A stretch of 64,000 nt of DNA from Ylistrum balloti (GCF_031769215.1 NW_026782097.1:1922001-1986000); one strand, 5' to 3'; shown: positions 11,781-25,590, counted from the stretch's first letter. Translations and numbers: made by a program. The notes: generated by a model not told the origin, from the sequence alone.

Positions 11781-12767
11781 CGCTTCAACATTGTATAATT
11801 TATCACTGATAAACATTAATGAATGCTTCAACATTGTATAGTTTACCAGTGGTAAACATTTATAAACGTTTCAACATTGTATAATTTACCTGATAAACTG
11901 ATAAACATTAATGAATGTTTCAACATTGTATAATTTATCACTGATAAACATTAAAAAATGCTTCAACATTGTATAGTTTATCACTGATAAACATTAATGA
12001 ATGCTTCAACATTGTATAGTTTACCAGTGGTAAACATTTATAAACGTTTCAACATTGTATAATTTATCACTGATAAACATTAATGAATGCTTCAACATTG
12101 TATAATTTATCACTGATAAACATTAATGAATGCTTCAACATTGTATAATTTATCACTGATAAACATTAATGAATGCTTCAACATTGTATAATTTATCACT
12201 GATAAACATTAATAAACGTTTCAACATTGTACAATTTATCACTGATAAACATTTATAAACGTTTCAACATTGTATATTTTATCACTGATAAACATTAATG
12301 AATGCTTCAACATTGTATAATTTATCACTGATAAACATTAATGAATGCTTCAACATTGTATAGTTTACCACTGATAAACATTAATAAACGCTTCAACATT
12401 GTATAGTTTACCACTGATAAACATTAATGAATGCTTCAACATTGTATAATTTATCACTGATAAACATTAATATGTCTTTAAACGTGTACAGTTTACCACT
12501 GATAAATGTTAATACACTTCTACAGCGATGATTTACCACCTGTAACCATAAATAAACGCTTCAACATTGTAAAGTTTACCAGTGGTAAACATTAATAAAC
12601 GCTTCGACATTGTATAACTTACCACTGGTAAACATTAATGTAAGGCTTCAAAAGTGAACAGTTTACCACTAACAAATATTAACACACTTTAACAGCGATA
12701 GATTACCACTTTGAATCATAGATAAATGCTTTAACAGTGTATAGTTTACCGATGATACATGTTAATA
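11781..12767. repeat. 41-bp minisatellite (CTTCAACATTGTATAATTTATCACTGATAAACATTAATGAATG), ~24 copies
   Basis: Clear 41-bp periodicity; each unit carries the dyad TTTATCA-C-TGATAAA or a variant. Confidence 0.95.
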
Positions 12768-13711
12768 GAAACTTCTAAAGTTAAATGCATTGGTCTGGAA
12801 TGTTATCAAACAATTGAGCGGTAAATTACTTAGAAGCAACACAATAAAAGATAATAAATGCAAGATGTTCGCCGTTATAAAGAAATGTAACTAAACAATA
12901 CAATTGAGCGGTGTATAGTCATATTATTACATAAAACAAAATTTTGATACAAGACAAATTTTCACAATAGAATATATGCCGTTATGTAAAAATGTAACTT
13001 AAGAAAACTGCATTGTTTGGTGTAAACATGAAGATCAGAAACTCTGAGATAGCCTTCAGCGTCGATAAGAAACTAAACCATGCGAATTGCGTTTGTTTAG
13101 TTTTTTTCCTATATATACATACACGATACATTGTAAAGATAAACGTGTTTGCTTCGATAATAGTTAATACGCAATTTTGATTTTAGTTTTTGAACATTAT
13201 GGTGTAAAAAAAAAGAATAGTTCTTGTATTTCTATAAAATGAATTTGTAATCAGAAAAAACGTGATTTCCAGCGTTGTTTGTTGAATGTTAGCGTGGCAT
13301 TTTGACGGATACTTGCAACTCACACACACACAGAAACAATGTCGCATGCAACACGCAGAGAATTAGAACGCAAAGCTGCAAGAACAGGTGGGAAGCCAAA
13401 CATCCATAAGATTTATTAGGTCATCGACATCAAGATAGTGAAACAGCGCCACATACATGTATGTATTACACGGCGTACCATGCAGTGATTGTATATCAAT
13501 AATATATTTAAAAGTGAAGCAGAATATTAAATAATACATAAATGATGAGATTTGTATTTAGATTCTATTATATCACAGCCGTTAAGAGGCTAAATAGATA
13601 GTAGTAACCTACAGGGATACATCTACCGTTAACTATCCAGTGCAGATGGGGGAACAGCAAAGACTGCAGGTACGATTACCTACTGTGTCCAAGGCTACCT
13701 ACATCATTACA

Positions 13712-14690
13712 TATGTCATACTGGGATTAAAACTACCAACATGTAGGTTGTGATGTGCTTTACACTGAGACTATAAATACACGTACCTACATGTAGGCTG
13801 TTATTTCTTTTACACTGAGACTATAAATACACGTACCTACATGTAGGCTGTTATTTCTTTTACACTGAGACTATAAATACACGTACCTACATGTAGGCTG
13901 TTATTTCTTTTACACTGAGACTATAAATACACGTACCTACATGTAGGCTGTTATTTCTTTTACACTGAGACTATAAATACACGTACCTACATGTAGGTTG
14001 TTATCTGTTTACACTGAGACTATAAATACACGTACCTACAAGTAGGTTCTGTTTTACACTGAGACTATCAATACATGTACCTACATGTAGGTTGTTATTT
14101 CTTTTACAATGAGACTATAAATACACGTACCTACATGTAGGTTGTTATCTGTTTACACTGAGACTATAAATACACGTACCTACATGTAGGTTGTGATGTG
14201 TTTTACACTGAGAGTATAAATACACGTACCTACATGTAGGTTGTGATGTGTTTTACACTGAGACTATAAATACACGTACCTACATGTAGGTTGTTATCTG
14301 TTTACACTGAGACTATAAATACACGTACCTACATGTAGGGTGTTATCTGTTTTATACTGAGACTATAAATACACGTACCTACATGTAGGCTGTTATTTCT
14401 TTTACACTGAGACTATAAATACACGTACCTACATGTAGGTTGTTATCTGTTTTACACTGAGACTATAAATACACGTACCTACATGTAGTCTGTTATTTCT
14501 TTTACACTGAGACTATAAATACACGTGCCTACATGTAGGCTGTTATTTCTTTTACACTGAGACTATAAATACACGTACCTACATGTAGGTTGTTATCTGT
14601 TTTACACTGAGACTATAAATAACATACCTACATGTAGGTTGTTACCTGTTTTACACTGAGACTATAATACTACCTACATGTAGGTTGTTA
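13712..14690. repeat. 50-bp minisatellite (TTACACTGAGACTATAAATACACGTACCTACATGTAGGYTGTTATYTSTT), ~18 copies
   Basis: Period 50 (e.g. TTATTTCTTT at 13801 and 13851); contains the perfect palindrome CCTACATGTAGG. Confidence 0.95.
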
Positions 14691-15110
14691 CTTGTGTCAC
14701 ACTGGGACTATAAATACATTACTTAGATGTAGGTCGTTACTTGTGTCACACTGGGATTTAAACTACCTACATATGGTCGTTACTTGTGTCACACTGGGAC
14801 CATTACTACCTACATGTAGGTCGTTACTTGTGTCACACTGGGACCATTACTACCTACATGTAGGTCGTTACTTGTGTCACACTGGGACATTACTACCTAC
14901 ATGTAGGTCGGTACTTGTGTAACACTGGGAACATTACTACCTACTTGTAGGTCGTTACTTGTGTCACACTGGGACCATTACTACCTACATGTAGGTCGTT
15001 ACGTGTGTCACACTTGGACCATATCTACCTATTGGTAGGTCGTTACTTGTGTCACACTGGGACCATTACTACCTTCATGTTGGTTGTTACTTGTGTCACA
15101 CTTGGACTAT
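14690..15110. repeat. 44-bp minisatellite (GTCACACTGGGACCATTACTACCTACATGTAGGTCGTTACTTGT), ~9 copies
   Basis: TCGTTACTTG recurs at 14821 and 14865; shares the palindromic core with the adjacent 50-mer. Confidence 0.92.
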
Positions 15111-15289
15111 ATTAGCTCATGTATTTAATTCTGCCACTTTGCAATTATGATACATTGTGGATTTTTACATTTGTTACATTAGGACAATAACCTCCTACAT
15201 GTATATATGGAACTTCTGTCACCATGATGATGAGACTACCTTGGTAGTTATACCTATATCGCACTGACACAGAATGACTACCCAGGTCG

Positions 15290-15735
15290 TTATCCTTTTT
15301 TTGTCACACTGACATAGTGACTACATAGGTCGTTATACGTTTGTCACACTGACATAGTGACAACATAGGTCGTTATACGTTTGTCATACTGACATAGTGA
15401 CAGCATAGGTCGTTATACGTTTGTCACACTGACATAGTGACTAGCTAGGTCGTTATACGTTTGTCACACTGACATAGTTACAACATAGGTCGTTATACGT
15501 TTGTCACACTGACATAGTGACAACATGGGTCGTTATACGGTTGTCACACTGACATATTGACTACATAGGTCGTTATACGTTTGTCACCCTGACATAGTGA
15601 CAACATAGGTCGTTATACGGTTGTCACACTGACATAGTGACAACATAGGTCGTTATACGTTTGTCACACAGACGCAGTGACTAGCTAGGTCGTTATGCTG
15701 TCGTCACACAGACGCAGTGACTAGCTAGGCCGTTA
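15290..15735. repeat. 40-bp minisatellite (GTCACACTGACATAGTGACAACATAGGTCGTTATACGTTT), ~11 copies
   Basis: TTGTCACACT recurs at 15301 and 15341; internal inverted repeat TGTCAC...GTGACA. Confidence 0.93.
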
Positions 15736-15849
15736 CGCTAGCACAATGAAAGTGAACATTTTGAGTATTGATATATTGGAGCTGATAATGTGATTTTTCA
15801 CAAAGGCGGTGAAAAATACAACATACACATGTGTGTCTCCGTATTACAT

Positions 15850-16460
15850 GTCCAAGTAAAGTTAAACGTATTATCGGTGGTAAATATCATCCAAGTTAAA
15901 ATACATGTATTATCAGTGGTAAATTACATCCAAGTAAAAATACATGTATTATCAGTGGTAAATTACATCCTGTAAAAATACATGTATTATCAGTGGTAAA
16001 TTACATCCTGTAAAAATACATGTATTAACAGTGGTGAATACCATCCTGTAAAAATACATGTATTATCAGTGGTAAAGAACATCCTGTAAAAATACATGTA
16101 TTAACAGTGGTAAATAACATCCTGTAAAAATACATGTATTATCAGTGGTAAAGAACATCCTGTAAAAATACATGTATTATCAGTGGTAAATTACATCCTG
16201 TAAAAATACATGTATTAACAGTGGTGAATACCATCCTGTAAAAATACATGTATTATCAGTGGTAAATTACATCCTGTAAAAATACATGTATTATCAGTGG
16301 TAAAGAACATCCTGTAAAAATACATGTATTATCAGTGGTAAATTACATCCTGTAAAAATACATGTATTAACAGTGGTGAATACCATCCTGTAAAAATACA
16401 TGTATTATCAGTGGTAAACAACTTCAAAGTAAAAATAGATGTATCCTCAGTGGAAATAAC
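15850..16460. repeat. 38-bp minisatellite (AAAAATACATGTATTATCAGTGGTAAATTACATCCTGT), ~15 copies
   Basis: AATTACATCC recurs at 15961 and 15999; contains the palindrome AATACATGTATT. Confidence 0.94.
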
Positions 16461-17139
16461 GTACCACGGTACTGCAGATCATTTAAAGTACACATGTATT
16501 ACAAACACAGGTACATATACACTATTAACGAGAACACGTGGGTGATCTAAATTAGAATATTTTGAATACACCAATAAATGAGATTCCATTTTCAATTTGA
16601 TTGAGAAACTTATCATCAACGGAAAATAATTATTCAACCAAAATATGATGTAACATATTGTCGAATGAAAATTCCGTTGCTAGTTTACATTTAAAACAGT
16701 TTGTGATCCATTAGCTGGACTACCTATTTCAATTTGGGTGAAATATTTATCAGTTTTTGAAGTCTCGCTTAATTACAATGCATTCAACATTTTACACTGT
16801 AGAAAATGTAGTCAATTAATGTTCTACCACTAAATGTATACGTGTAGAACTAGGCATCATCTGGCTTCAACGGGACTTATCAAGAGTTCAGACATTGACC
16901 AACAGAAAAAAAATATCGACTTAACTGTTAGGTCTTCCCGATTGGATGACAATAACTGAAACATAAAATTGCTACAGCACTTTTAAGTCCATAGAAATGT
17001 GTTGAAAGGCTAGTACCTGAGGGAAAGGCTCCTTATATCGCCCCCACATGTCTCTTCGGCCGGAAATGTCAGACCAATATAGTGGCTCTTAGTAGCGTTG
17101 TTAAGACGGAAATCTACATACGATTGTCCAATTGTCAAA

Positions 17140-17490
17140 CAGAATTTACTTAATTCCTTTTGTCATTCGTGCGCTGCTGACTGTCTTATTAACACAATCA
17201 TCTTCGGTTGGAATTGTAAAAAAAAATACAAATCCAGAACCAGGCTTGAACTCCTTGATCAGTTCTTTCATTCTAGGGGAAATGATAATTAAAGCGTGAA
17301 ACAAGTGTAGATTATTAAAACAGTTATTAATCTGAACAGTTCTTGTAGTGTTACAACTCAAAAGCTTAATACATGTCCACATTTCGTCAAAGATGTTCCA
17401 AGAATCTGAACGGTGACAACAAGATAAATTTACTAAAACCAATGTAGTGAACTACTCCGTGGAACCAGGCAAATACAAACTGCCAATAAG
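17140..17490 (-). mobile_element. Probable Penelope-like RT N-terminal remnant
   Basis: Translation YLPGST...MWTCIKLLSCN...INNC...MKELIK loosely parallels the PLE segment YIAGS.K...QMWILKNS...INSIKTFDFSTLY...LKEL; heavily decayed. Confidence 0.4.
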
Positions 17491-20400
17491 ATGGTTTAAA
17501 AGCCAGAACTGAAAAAAAAGATATATATGAATATTACAAATTTGTGAATGAATATTTTAACATTTGAAATCGTATGTGAATATGTTGTAAATGATATATA
17601 AAAATGTTCAAGAGAAAATTCGGAATAGTAGAATGCCAAATAATAAAGGTTACAACATGACGTATACAACACAAATGGCAAGCGCTCGATATGTAAAACA
17701 TCACCTGAGTTCTCCAAGGAGATCTGGCCATGTCTCCCCAGACAGCTGTACCAATTACAGTGTGTGTTCCACGGTTCGATCTCTTTTGTTTTATCATTGG
17801 TTATCTCCTGACCACGCTTTCCCTGTAACCTCGCGAATCATGTCATTACAAATAAGTTAAGTGCATATTGAAACTTTGATGTTTTCACTCATGCGTTGTT
17901 ATGCTTAAAGTGACAAGAAATATTCGATGAATATAAAGTGTTACAACGTTCCTGCTGTTCATTCATGTCAGTTTAAGTTGTCTAATCTTTCGCTTTCGTT
18001 TGCATGCTCTGTTAAGATTAACCGCCAGATAATCCACATGTACAAATCCTCAAATAATTTCTTACAAAACGAACGATTACAACAAGCGTAACATTTCGAT
18101 GAGTAAACTGAAAATGGTCAGAATTAAGCGTACATGAAAAAATGTCTCCCAGCTCGTATACATCCGGTAATAATACAAGGCTGAGGTGTCATGGAAGCAC
18201 TGCGGATGGTCAAAACATTGGAAGTATCAAAATGTATTTAATCAACTCAGTAACATTATGTTATATGTATCAAAAGCGTAAGATTTTATTTCTTCCACTA
18301 TTTTCTGTATATATTGATATTCATTTCTAGATATTTGATTTCCAATAAGACCATCAGGGTTGAAGAACACTGGTTTCAGATCTTAAGAAATATGTTGTCT
18401 TCTTATAGGAGAGTTTGCATACATCAGTCACCCTCCATTCCATTTATATAACTATTATGTATATAAATCACGACGCATTGTACCCGAACAAAGTCTTCTT
18501 AGTGTTCCAAGAGAATTCCTACACTTACCGACAGGTCGAGGAGAAAGCTAATCAGTTATATTCAATACTCATAAATTAAAGTAATGTTGCATTATTTAGA
18601 AATATTATGAATATACGAATAGATATCTACATATATGAAAGCTCTGCTGAATTCGGAATGACTGTCTATCATGCTTTGTGTTTAGTAGTTTCAATGTTCT
18701 TCATGTAAAGTGTATATTCGCCATCGATATTTTGTAATTCCTTTCGAAAACAAGAGGATGGCAATAGCTTTGCCATCATAGATGATATCTATGTCTTTAT
18801 AAGATCACTCAGCTGATTACTTTACTTGTGTGGCTCTCACGGAAGATTCGAAAGCTTCCAAACAGGAAAAAAAATGTTAGGAAGATAAATTGAGTCTGTT
18901 TGCCTTTCTCCGGGATTTAATATTACAAATAAGCACTGTAATGTGCAACACCACGATATTCAATGAATTCATTTAACAAGGCACAGTTAAAACAAGCACG
19001 GCAACTAAGGAGTTGAATTTAAGAAACATTAATATTGTGCTACATGTATTTGTACTTTTCTCTTGGTCCAACTCAATTACCGGAAACATTGAATGAATAC
19101 GTGATGACAGTCTCATGTAAATATGATAATAAAGAACATAACATACACTTCCGGTCTAAATGTGAATGGAGCTTCAACACTTCCCGTCACGAACGAATGT
19201 TTTACCATCATCGGAAGTCATCCTAGCAACATCGAAGGCATTGGATGGTGAAATAATGGATACAATTTCTCATTCTTTAATGCAGCGATAACTTCGTATT
19301 CACGTGCTATCTATTGTACCCTAGACGATAAAACCTCTTGACTTCATTGACAGTTCTGCATGCACGATTTCAGTATTGTTTCCATTGTTTAACGACACTT
19401 GTTAGTATGATGTATGTAGCTTAGACAGGGTTGGGATTAACTGCACACCCAAGTCATTCATTACACTCTAACATACAATCGCTAAGGATCGATCATGCAC
19501 GAGTCATGGAGATCAAACCTCCCAATCATTGTAAGTAGGAAACAAATTATTTGGACTTATTTAACACAAGTAAATAAAAATATTTCTTCACATTCAAATT
19601 TCACTTTTCACACCCGGATAAGCAAAATTCAAGCTTATATTTGCACTTTAGTTTAAATTTATCTTAAATCAAAGCCAAGGTATGGGACGATCAATATTCA
19701 CAGCATCATTTGACAAATGCTTCTGTAACATTCGGCAAAATGTTTACTTTTTGTAGAACGTTTTGCCGATATCTGATGTGAAAATATAATTCCATTACAA
19801 GATGACATTCGCTGTCAGTAAGGTGCATGGCTGGCTGTATGGGGAATAATTTGAAATGACACATCGATCACAAAATTAAATGATAAAACGGTCGTCAGTA
19901 GTCTGAATAAATCATTTGACGATGGTGAATTATCTCAGCAAAATTCTGTCTTCTCTTTTGGACGGTTTGGCAGAACGCGATTTGTTTTCTTGTCCATGAT
20001 GTCACAATAACTTTGATTGGTGTTTATTTGAAATGCACGTAGCAGCTAACAAGTTCAACCAATTAGACTGCTCGTCTTATTGAATCAGATTCGTTGCACG
20101 CTATTGGCGTAGGCGGAAAAAACTTCTACATGAGTGAAGACGAAAAACGGGAAACTGGAGAAGGGGACTCCCACACGAAATGCTTGGCTGTGTTGGAATG
20201 GCTGATGTTAGTTATCTTGCAATAGTAGAGTTCCCTACGGGAAAATAGAAACTGAAAATGTCCATAAAAATGTACTAGTAAATCAGAACAACTTTATCTA
20301 CTAAATTGATTTATTGTCAAACTAAAAAGAAAGCCAGAGAAATAACTGTTCTGCATAGGGAACGTTTACACCTAGGTCCCGCCAGCTAGGTCTCTAACCA

Positions 20401-23384
20401 GACCAATTAATCTCTCTCTTCCGGTCTTATACTTTCCGAACCCCTATCCATATCACATGTTCACACATTATAGCATGTACACATATTCCATTCATTTTCA
20501 TGAATATTTATTGCATTTTCGTAAGTATAACAATTGATGTCTGGGTCGGTCGTCATTGTTCCATAACTTTCAATGCTGTGATTAAATTTACAGTAACTGG
20601 CATTCATTGTATTATTATGTAGTAACTGACACGTCTCGAATATTGCTGAACGAACATTTCTCGGTAAATCGTTTTGACAATATGACTAGCAATGATAACG
20701 TATTATCCATCAAAAACTGATTACTTCCTTATATCATATCGTTGTGTATTAAATATTTGTGTAATTAATATTTTCAATAAACTTTGGAGCATGTATTATA
20801 GACTATATAACATGAAACTATAAGTGTACTAATGTAGCCAGCAATACCCCCATCCCAGCCCACCAAACAAAACAAAGAACAGATAAAATAATAATAATGA
20901 TGATAATGATAATGAAATGATATAAAATGAAACAAATGATAATAAAATAAATTTTAAAAACAATGGATTGTTGAGGTCGCCTAGTGATGGTGATGATTCC
21001 CCAGTCACATATTAGCAACACATCCCTTGGTACATGGCGAATTCCCTTAAGATGCACATCATATTCAAAGGAGTTATGAGAAATAATATATTTTCTGATA
21101 CAATGTGCAGCTGAACGTGTTTGAAGCTCGTTAGTTTGCTTGTTGGTTTCGTTGCTGTTTGCTATTTTTCGGATGTCACGCTACTTATTTATTTAGACCA
21201 GCATTTACGTACCACTAACCCTTCAAAAACACCTGCTCCTTTTCTCCCTTTACTTTTTCTCGATTTTTCGAGTAGGTCTTCCTTTTGTCCTAGTTCCATC
21301 GAATTTATGTTTGAACTAAGACTTCCCATGTCGGTACTGTCTTGTTTTTGTACCTAAACGAACCGCTTTTGTAGTTAATGGAAAAACATATTTTATTTCC
21401 CATATAAAGTAAATAAATTTAAATAAATTCAATGAAAACGCATGTTGTTGAAAAGAGAACGGACTGACAAATCGAAGTCCTTGACATCCGTCACTGTTTG
21501 TTATCAAAAGTCAACATCAAGCCAGAAATAGATCATGCATATGTCAAACTCCGGGTATTTCCGTACGCATAATAATAAACGTAGCTATTTTGTTACATTG
21601 AGCTCTAACAATTTAAAACTGACAATTAAACATCCATGCAGGATATTGTCTCAGTCCTCTCTCCTGGGTCAGTAATGTGTATACGTACAAAGTGAAAAAA
21701 GACAGTTAGCGACATCTTGCGGAATTGTTCCATCCATCACCCCGTATGGCTTTGACTAAAAGATTAAGGGTCTTGATGACCCCGATTGTTCCTTGATTAA
21801 TCTCAGTGTCAACAGCGCTTTGCAGCCTGATGAGAACGTGATGATCGCCGAGTGTGGTATTCTATTTATTTCCTGATTATCTACATCTGTACTTAATAGT
21901 GTAATTGGTCTGTTTAAGGCTATAACTGCACGGTCGTATGGGACGGGTGTTTACAGAGGCCTAAATACCACTAATTTTCTATTCAACACTATCATTTATT
22001 TGCATGTGGAATCGATGTTTAACGAGCCAAGGTTATCACAAGAAATAGCAAAGCCCCTGTTGCTGTGTTACGGTGCGGAGTGTTGATTATCGTTAGCTTC
22101 GAAAAGACTTTCCAATAGATAGGTTGAGCTGTAAATATATTGATTTTCCTCTCTTATTGAAGGGCTGATCGAATAATACTGACGCAAATAATTTATAAAC
22201 ACCAGACGGATTTCGTAAAACTGGTTTCGTAGGGCAAGAGTGGGGGCATTTTCGATAAACTTGCTTGTGGCCTTGAACTGCAAATTTGATTTCGATAAGG
22301 ATACGTCTGAGTCTTGACTTCTTCTCGGGTCTTTGTTACATCACATACGGCCCCAGTGTAAATGACAGACTTCTCGGCACATTTTTATAATCGAATGCCC
22401 GTTACGATGTCCAATTTAGTGTCTCGGCGACTGGAATTGGAATCCTCTACGTCAAAACGGTTTCATGGAACGGGTTGTCAGCATGGACGATTTTCGTGTG
22501 ATTCCTCGTCTGCCGTCCATTTTGCGGTTTTTTTGCTCTCTGTGTCTTGCGATTAGAGTAAACTTATCTTTATGATCAGTGTTGAGCGCTGCAATCTGCA
22601 ATATGTCAATGATTTCTATCCCCAAAATGGCATATCACTGACATTTTGAAAGGATTACATTTCTCAAACAAGTTATTTAATCCTGATGTATACGTCTTAC
22701 ATACCGTTAGCCTATGTAATAACTTAGTTAAGTGTTCATAGATATGAAATCAGCATGTATGTGTTTCTTCTTTGCGCTATTTTTCTTTCGGGGGGATAGA
22801 GGCGGGTTTGGATGGGTAATGATTGGGTGATACAGTAGTTTACTAGACAATGAGCTACTACGTTGGGTTGGAATATGAATTCGTTGACATAACGTCCAAT
22901 ACAAATTTTGTTACTTCCCAGGCAAATGTATCTATCATCTATTATGTAACTATCTGGGAAATTTTGGCTTCTGATATTTGCCTCGTAAAATGTCATGGTG
23001 TCTTTGTTTTCTTTTCAACTGGCATGGTGTTGCGCACGCAGGTGTTTTTTTTTTTTTTTTTTTATTTTCCTTAAAGCTGACTTTTAAACGCTGCCCTTTT
23101 TGCATCTTCTTTTCTTGTCATAATGTAAGGTGTTTGTTTTAATTTTTTCTTTAATACTCGCAAGAATTAATTTATAGATGTATGTGATATATTTCTTTTA
23201 TCACATATATTACGTTTTACGTCTAAAATTGTTGATATGTAGGTCCATGCATATCTTTGATTTCTGACCTTTTGATGTTTTTGTATCTATCTAAGCTTGT
23301 AAACAAACGTTTCCATACTTATCAATGACATCTGACACGAATTCTGAGTGATTGGTTCAACTTCCATTCTTATTGGAGACAGTT

Positions 23385-23640
23385 TCCTTGTTTTTGTGAA
23401 GGTGCATATTCAAGCATTGTTTGTGCCTGTTCTGAACCTTTCTGCCTATCCCCTCCCATTACTATCACTGTTTAAATCATACGCAACTTTCTGTAGTCGT
23501 CATGCTGTCTTGTATATAACGCTTCTTACGATACGGAGTAACTGTAAAAAGGTAAATAATGCGTTGTCATCGGCGAAATGATATCTTTAAGCACGATCAT
23601 TGTATGGAACTATTTGATAAAGAATGTTGTCTTCGTGTAT
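23385..23640 (-). mobile_element. Decayed non-LTR (CR1/L2-like) reverse transcriptase fragment
   Basis: FADD motif (TTCGCCGATGAC, reverse complement at 23566-23577), preceded by YND and followed, with frameshifts, by DLN...AER...KCLNMHFTKTR, the typical post-xADD RT layout. Confidence 0.55.
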
Positions 23641-24641
23641 TGTTTTGGCATCTGAATCGAGTTTCGATAGAGCGCATCATATCTTCTACAAAGTGCATTA
23701 CATTGATGAATTGTTTTGAATAAACATTTTTTCATGGTTCTGAAACACTTCGCTACAAAGGAGCCAAACCATTTTCAAACACAAAGGATGCCTGGGACCT
23801 AGATCAAATTGTTCCTATTCAGCTGCGGAAAATGACACAGAACCAGATTATTAGAGGGATTGGTTTGCTTAGACACTGAACAAAAGGGATGCTTGGCTTT
23901 AAGTGAAGTGCCAGATCCAGCTTTTAAGTCACATCTAGGTTTTAATATTATTTTCCCTCTTCTGAACAGAACGTAATCGGTTAGTCGCTTTGTCAATACT
24001 TTCACAACAAAAGTAGCTGACTACTAGCTGTTTACCATCACATCGAAAGTACATTTAAGTACATATACAGACTGTTGGGCAGATTTACATTCATTTGTAC
24101 GTGCCATACGCCATATTTCATGATGCGTTTTAATGTTTTTTTTTTTTGTTTTGTTTTTTTGTTTCGTTTATGTTTTTGTTTTTCTTTGGTAAAAAATATA
24201 CCGCTGTTATCTCTTAGTAATGGTCTATGTCCCAAGGACTTTGTAGATCAAAATGTAAACTAAAAACACAGGTCAACGTTCCTCAATCCTGATGTTAAAC
24301 CTACACTTCAAGATTTACATGACAGGCATGTTAATATGACTACAGATAAGGCGTGTAATAACTTGATCCTTGTCTGCAAACATTACTTCATGCCCTGTAT
24401 ACCAGAAGATCGAGGTTTGCTCGATAACGAGGAAAACCCCATCTGTATATTATGCAATATTGCTAAAGAAATAATAAAAGGAAATTATAATTCATAATTA
24501 GAATGATTTTAAGTAACTTCACAAAAAGCCATGTAAATAACGTTGTATTGCTGGCCCGTCTAAACTACTCACTACTAATCTTATTACTATTTAATCTGGT
24601 TACTACGGAAGCGTATTCCGACCACGTTGTATTTTATTTTT

Positions 24642-24862
24642 AGTTAGTAATCCGAAATTTTGAGAAATTAAACCGAAATTTCGAAATAGCAACTCAAAAT
24701 TTTCAGTTAGTAACTCGAAATTTCGAGTTAGTAATCCGAAATTTTGAGTTATTAAGTCGAAATTTCGAGTTGCTATCTCAAAATGTTGCGTTGCTATCTC
24801 GATATTTCGGGTAAATATCTCGAAATTTCGGATTACTAACTCGAAATTTTGAGTTACTTTCG
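24642..24862. repeat. Fold-back array of ~21-bp units built on the palindrome CGAAATTTCG (MITE/Helentron-type internal repeat)
   Basis: AGTTAGTAATCCGAAATTT at 24642 and 24726; its exact reverse complement at 24823-24841. Confidence 0.8.
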
Positions 24863-24925
24863 AGTCCCGTTTTTAAGCTGATTTGTTTTTTGTTTTCATG
24901 CGAGGCTGAATTTATCGAAGAGTGT

Positions 24926-25590
24926 ATCAAAACAGGTTACAAAGACATTGTTAAGACGTTTAATTTCACTTTCATATATATTGATAACATCTTGTACTTA
25001 AATTACAAGAACATCATTGACAACGTCAATCGTATATACTTATCATAATCAGAAATTTAGGACACAACAAAATCTTCTACATCAGCAGCTTATCTCGAAC
25101 TTTTCATACAATGACACCTAGATACAAAGATAGCATTCATTAAGCTGTATGATAAAAATAAGTATTTTAATTTCCCAATTGCAATTTTCCATTCCTGCAA
25201 AACAACAGCCATACATTCCCAACTTACAGTATCTACATTATACAGTTTATTCGATAATCATGGGCATGTTTCTATTATCACTATTTCGTACAAGAAGTCA
25301 ACTAACGTAACAGATGGTTTTAAATGTTGAGGGATAATGACAAATATGGAGTTCTACAGTCATTATTATTCGAAAAAGTGACATTACCTACTTGGATTGA
25401 CCTAGATTTCCATATCTGGTGCCTTCGATGAAGCAGAAGACGCTTACTCCTCTGAAATACCCTGTATTATACTTAGTGCATATTTTCAGGAGCCTACTTG
25501 TAAATCTTTGTTTTGTTCATATTTTGCTTTAGCGTTATTTTATCCGAGTTTGAATTATGATTATGTTGACATGTTGGTACTTTCTTATTT
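24926..25590 (+). mobile_element. Penelope-like retroelement: RT C-terminal half plus 3' terminal repeat (pseudogenised)
   Basis: IKTGYKDIVKTFNFTFIYIDNILYLN...NRIYLS*SEI*DTTKSSTSAAYLEL...KLYDKNKYFNFPIA...PTYSIYIIQFIR*SWAC matches the PLE RT pattern FNFTFRYIDDVL...IYPxELEIKDTT...SASYLDL...KLYDKRDDFNFPI...PAYGVYISQLIRY.RAC. In-frame stops are present. Confidence 0.85.

Noticed and set aside
14692-14922. ORFs within satellites (14692-14922, 15790-15975, 48924-49182)
   Set aside because: Repetitive translations of tandem units, not plausible proteins.
11781-16460. Regular repeat arrays as CRISPR-like loci
   Set aside because: The units are head-to-tail with no unique spacers, there are no cas genes, and the context is eukaryotic.
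19490-19530. Minus-strand GGTTTGATCTCC as a tRNA/SINE B-box
   Set aside because: No A-box or cloverleaf at the right spacing.
21820-21860. CTGATGAG as a hammerhead core
   Set aside because: No downstream stem II or GAAA.
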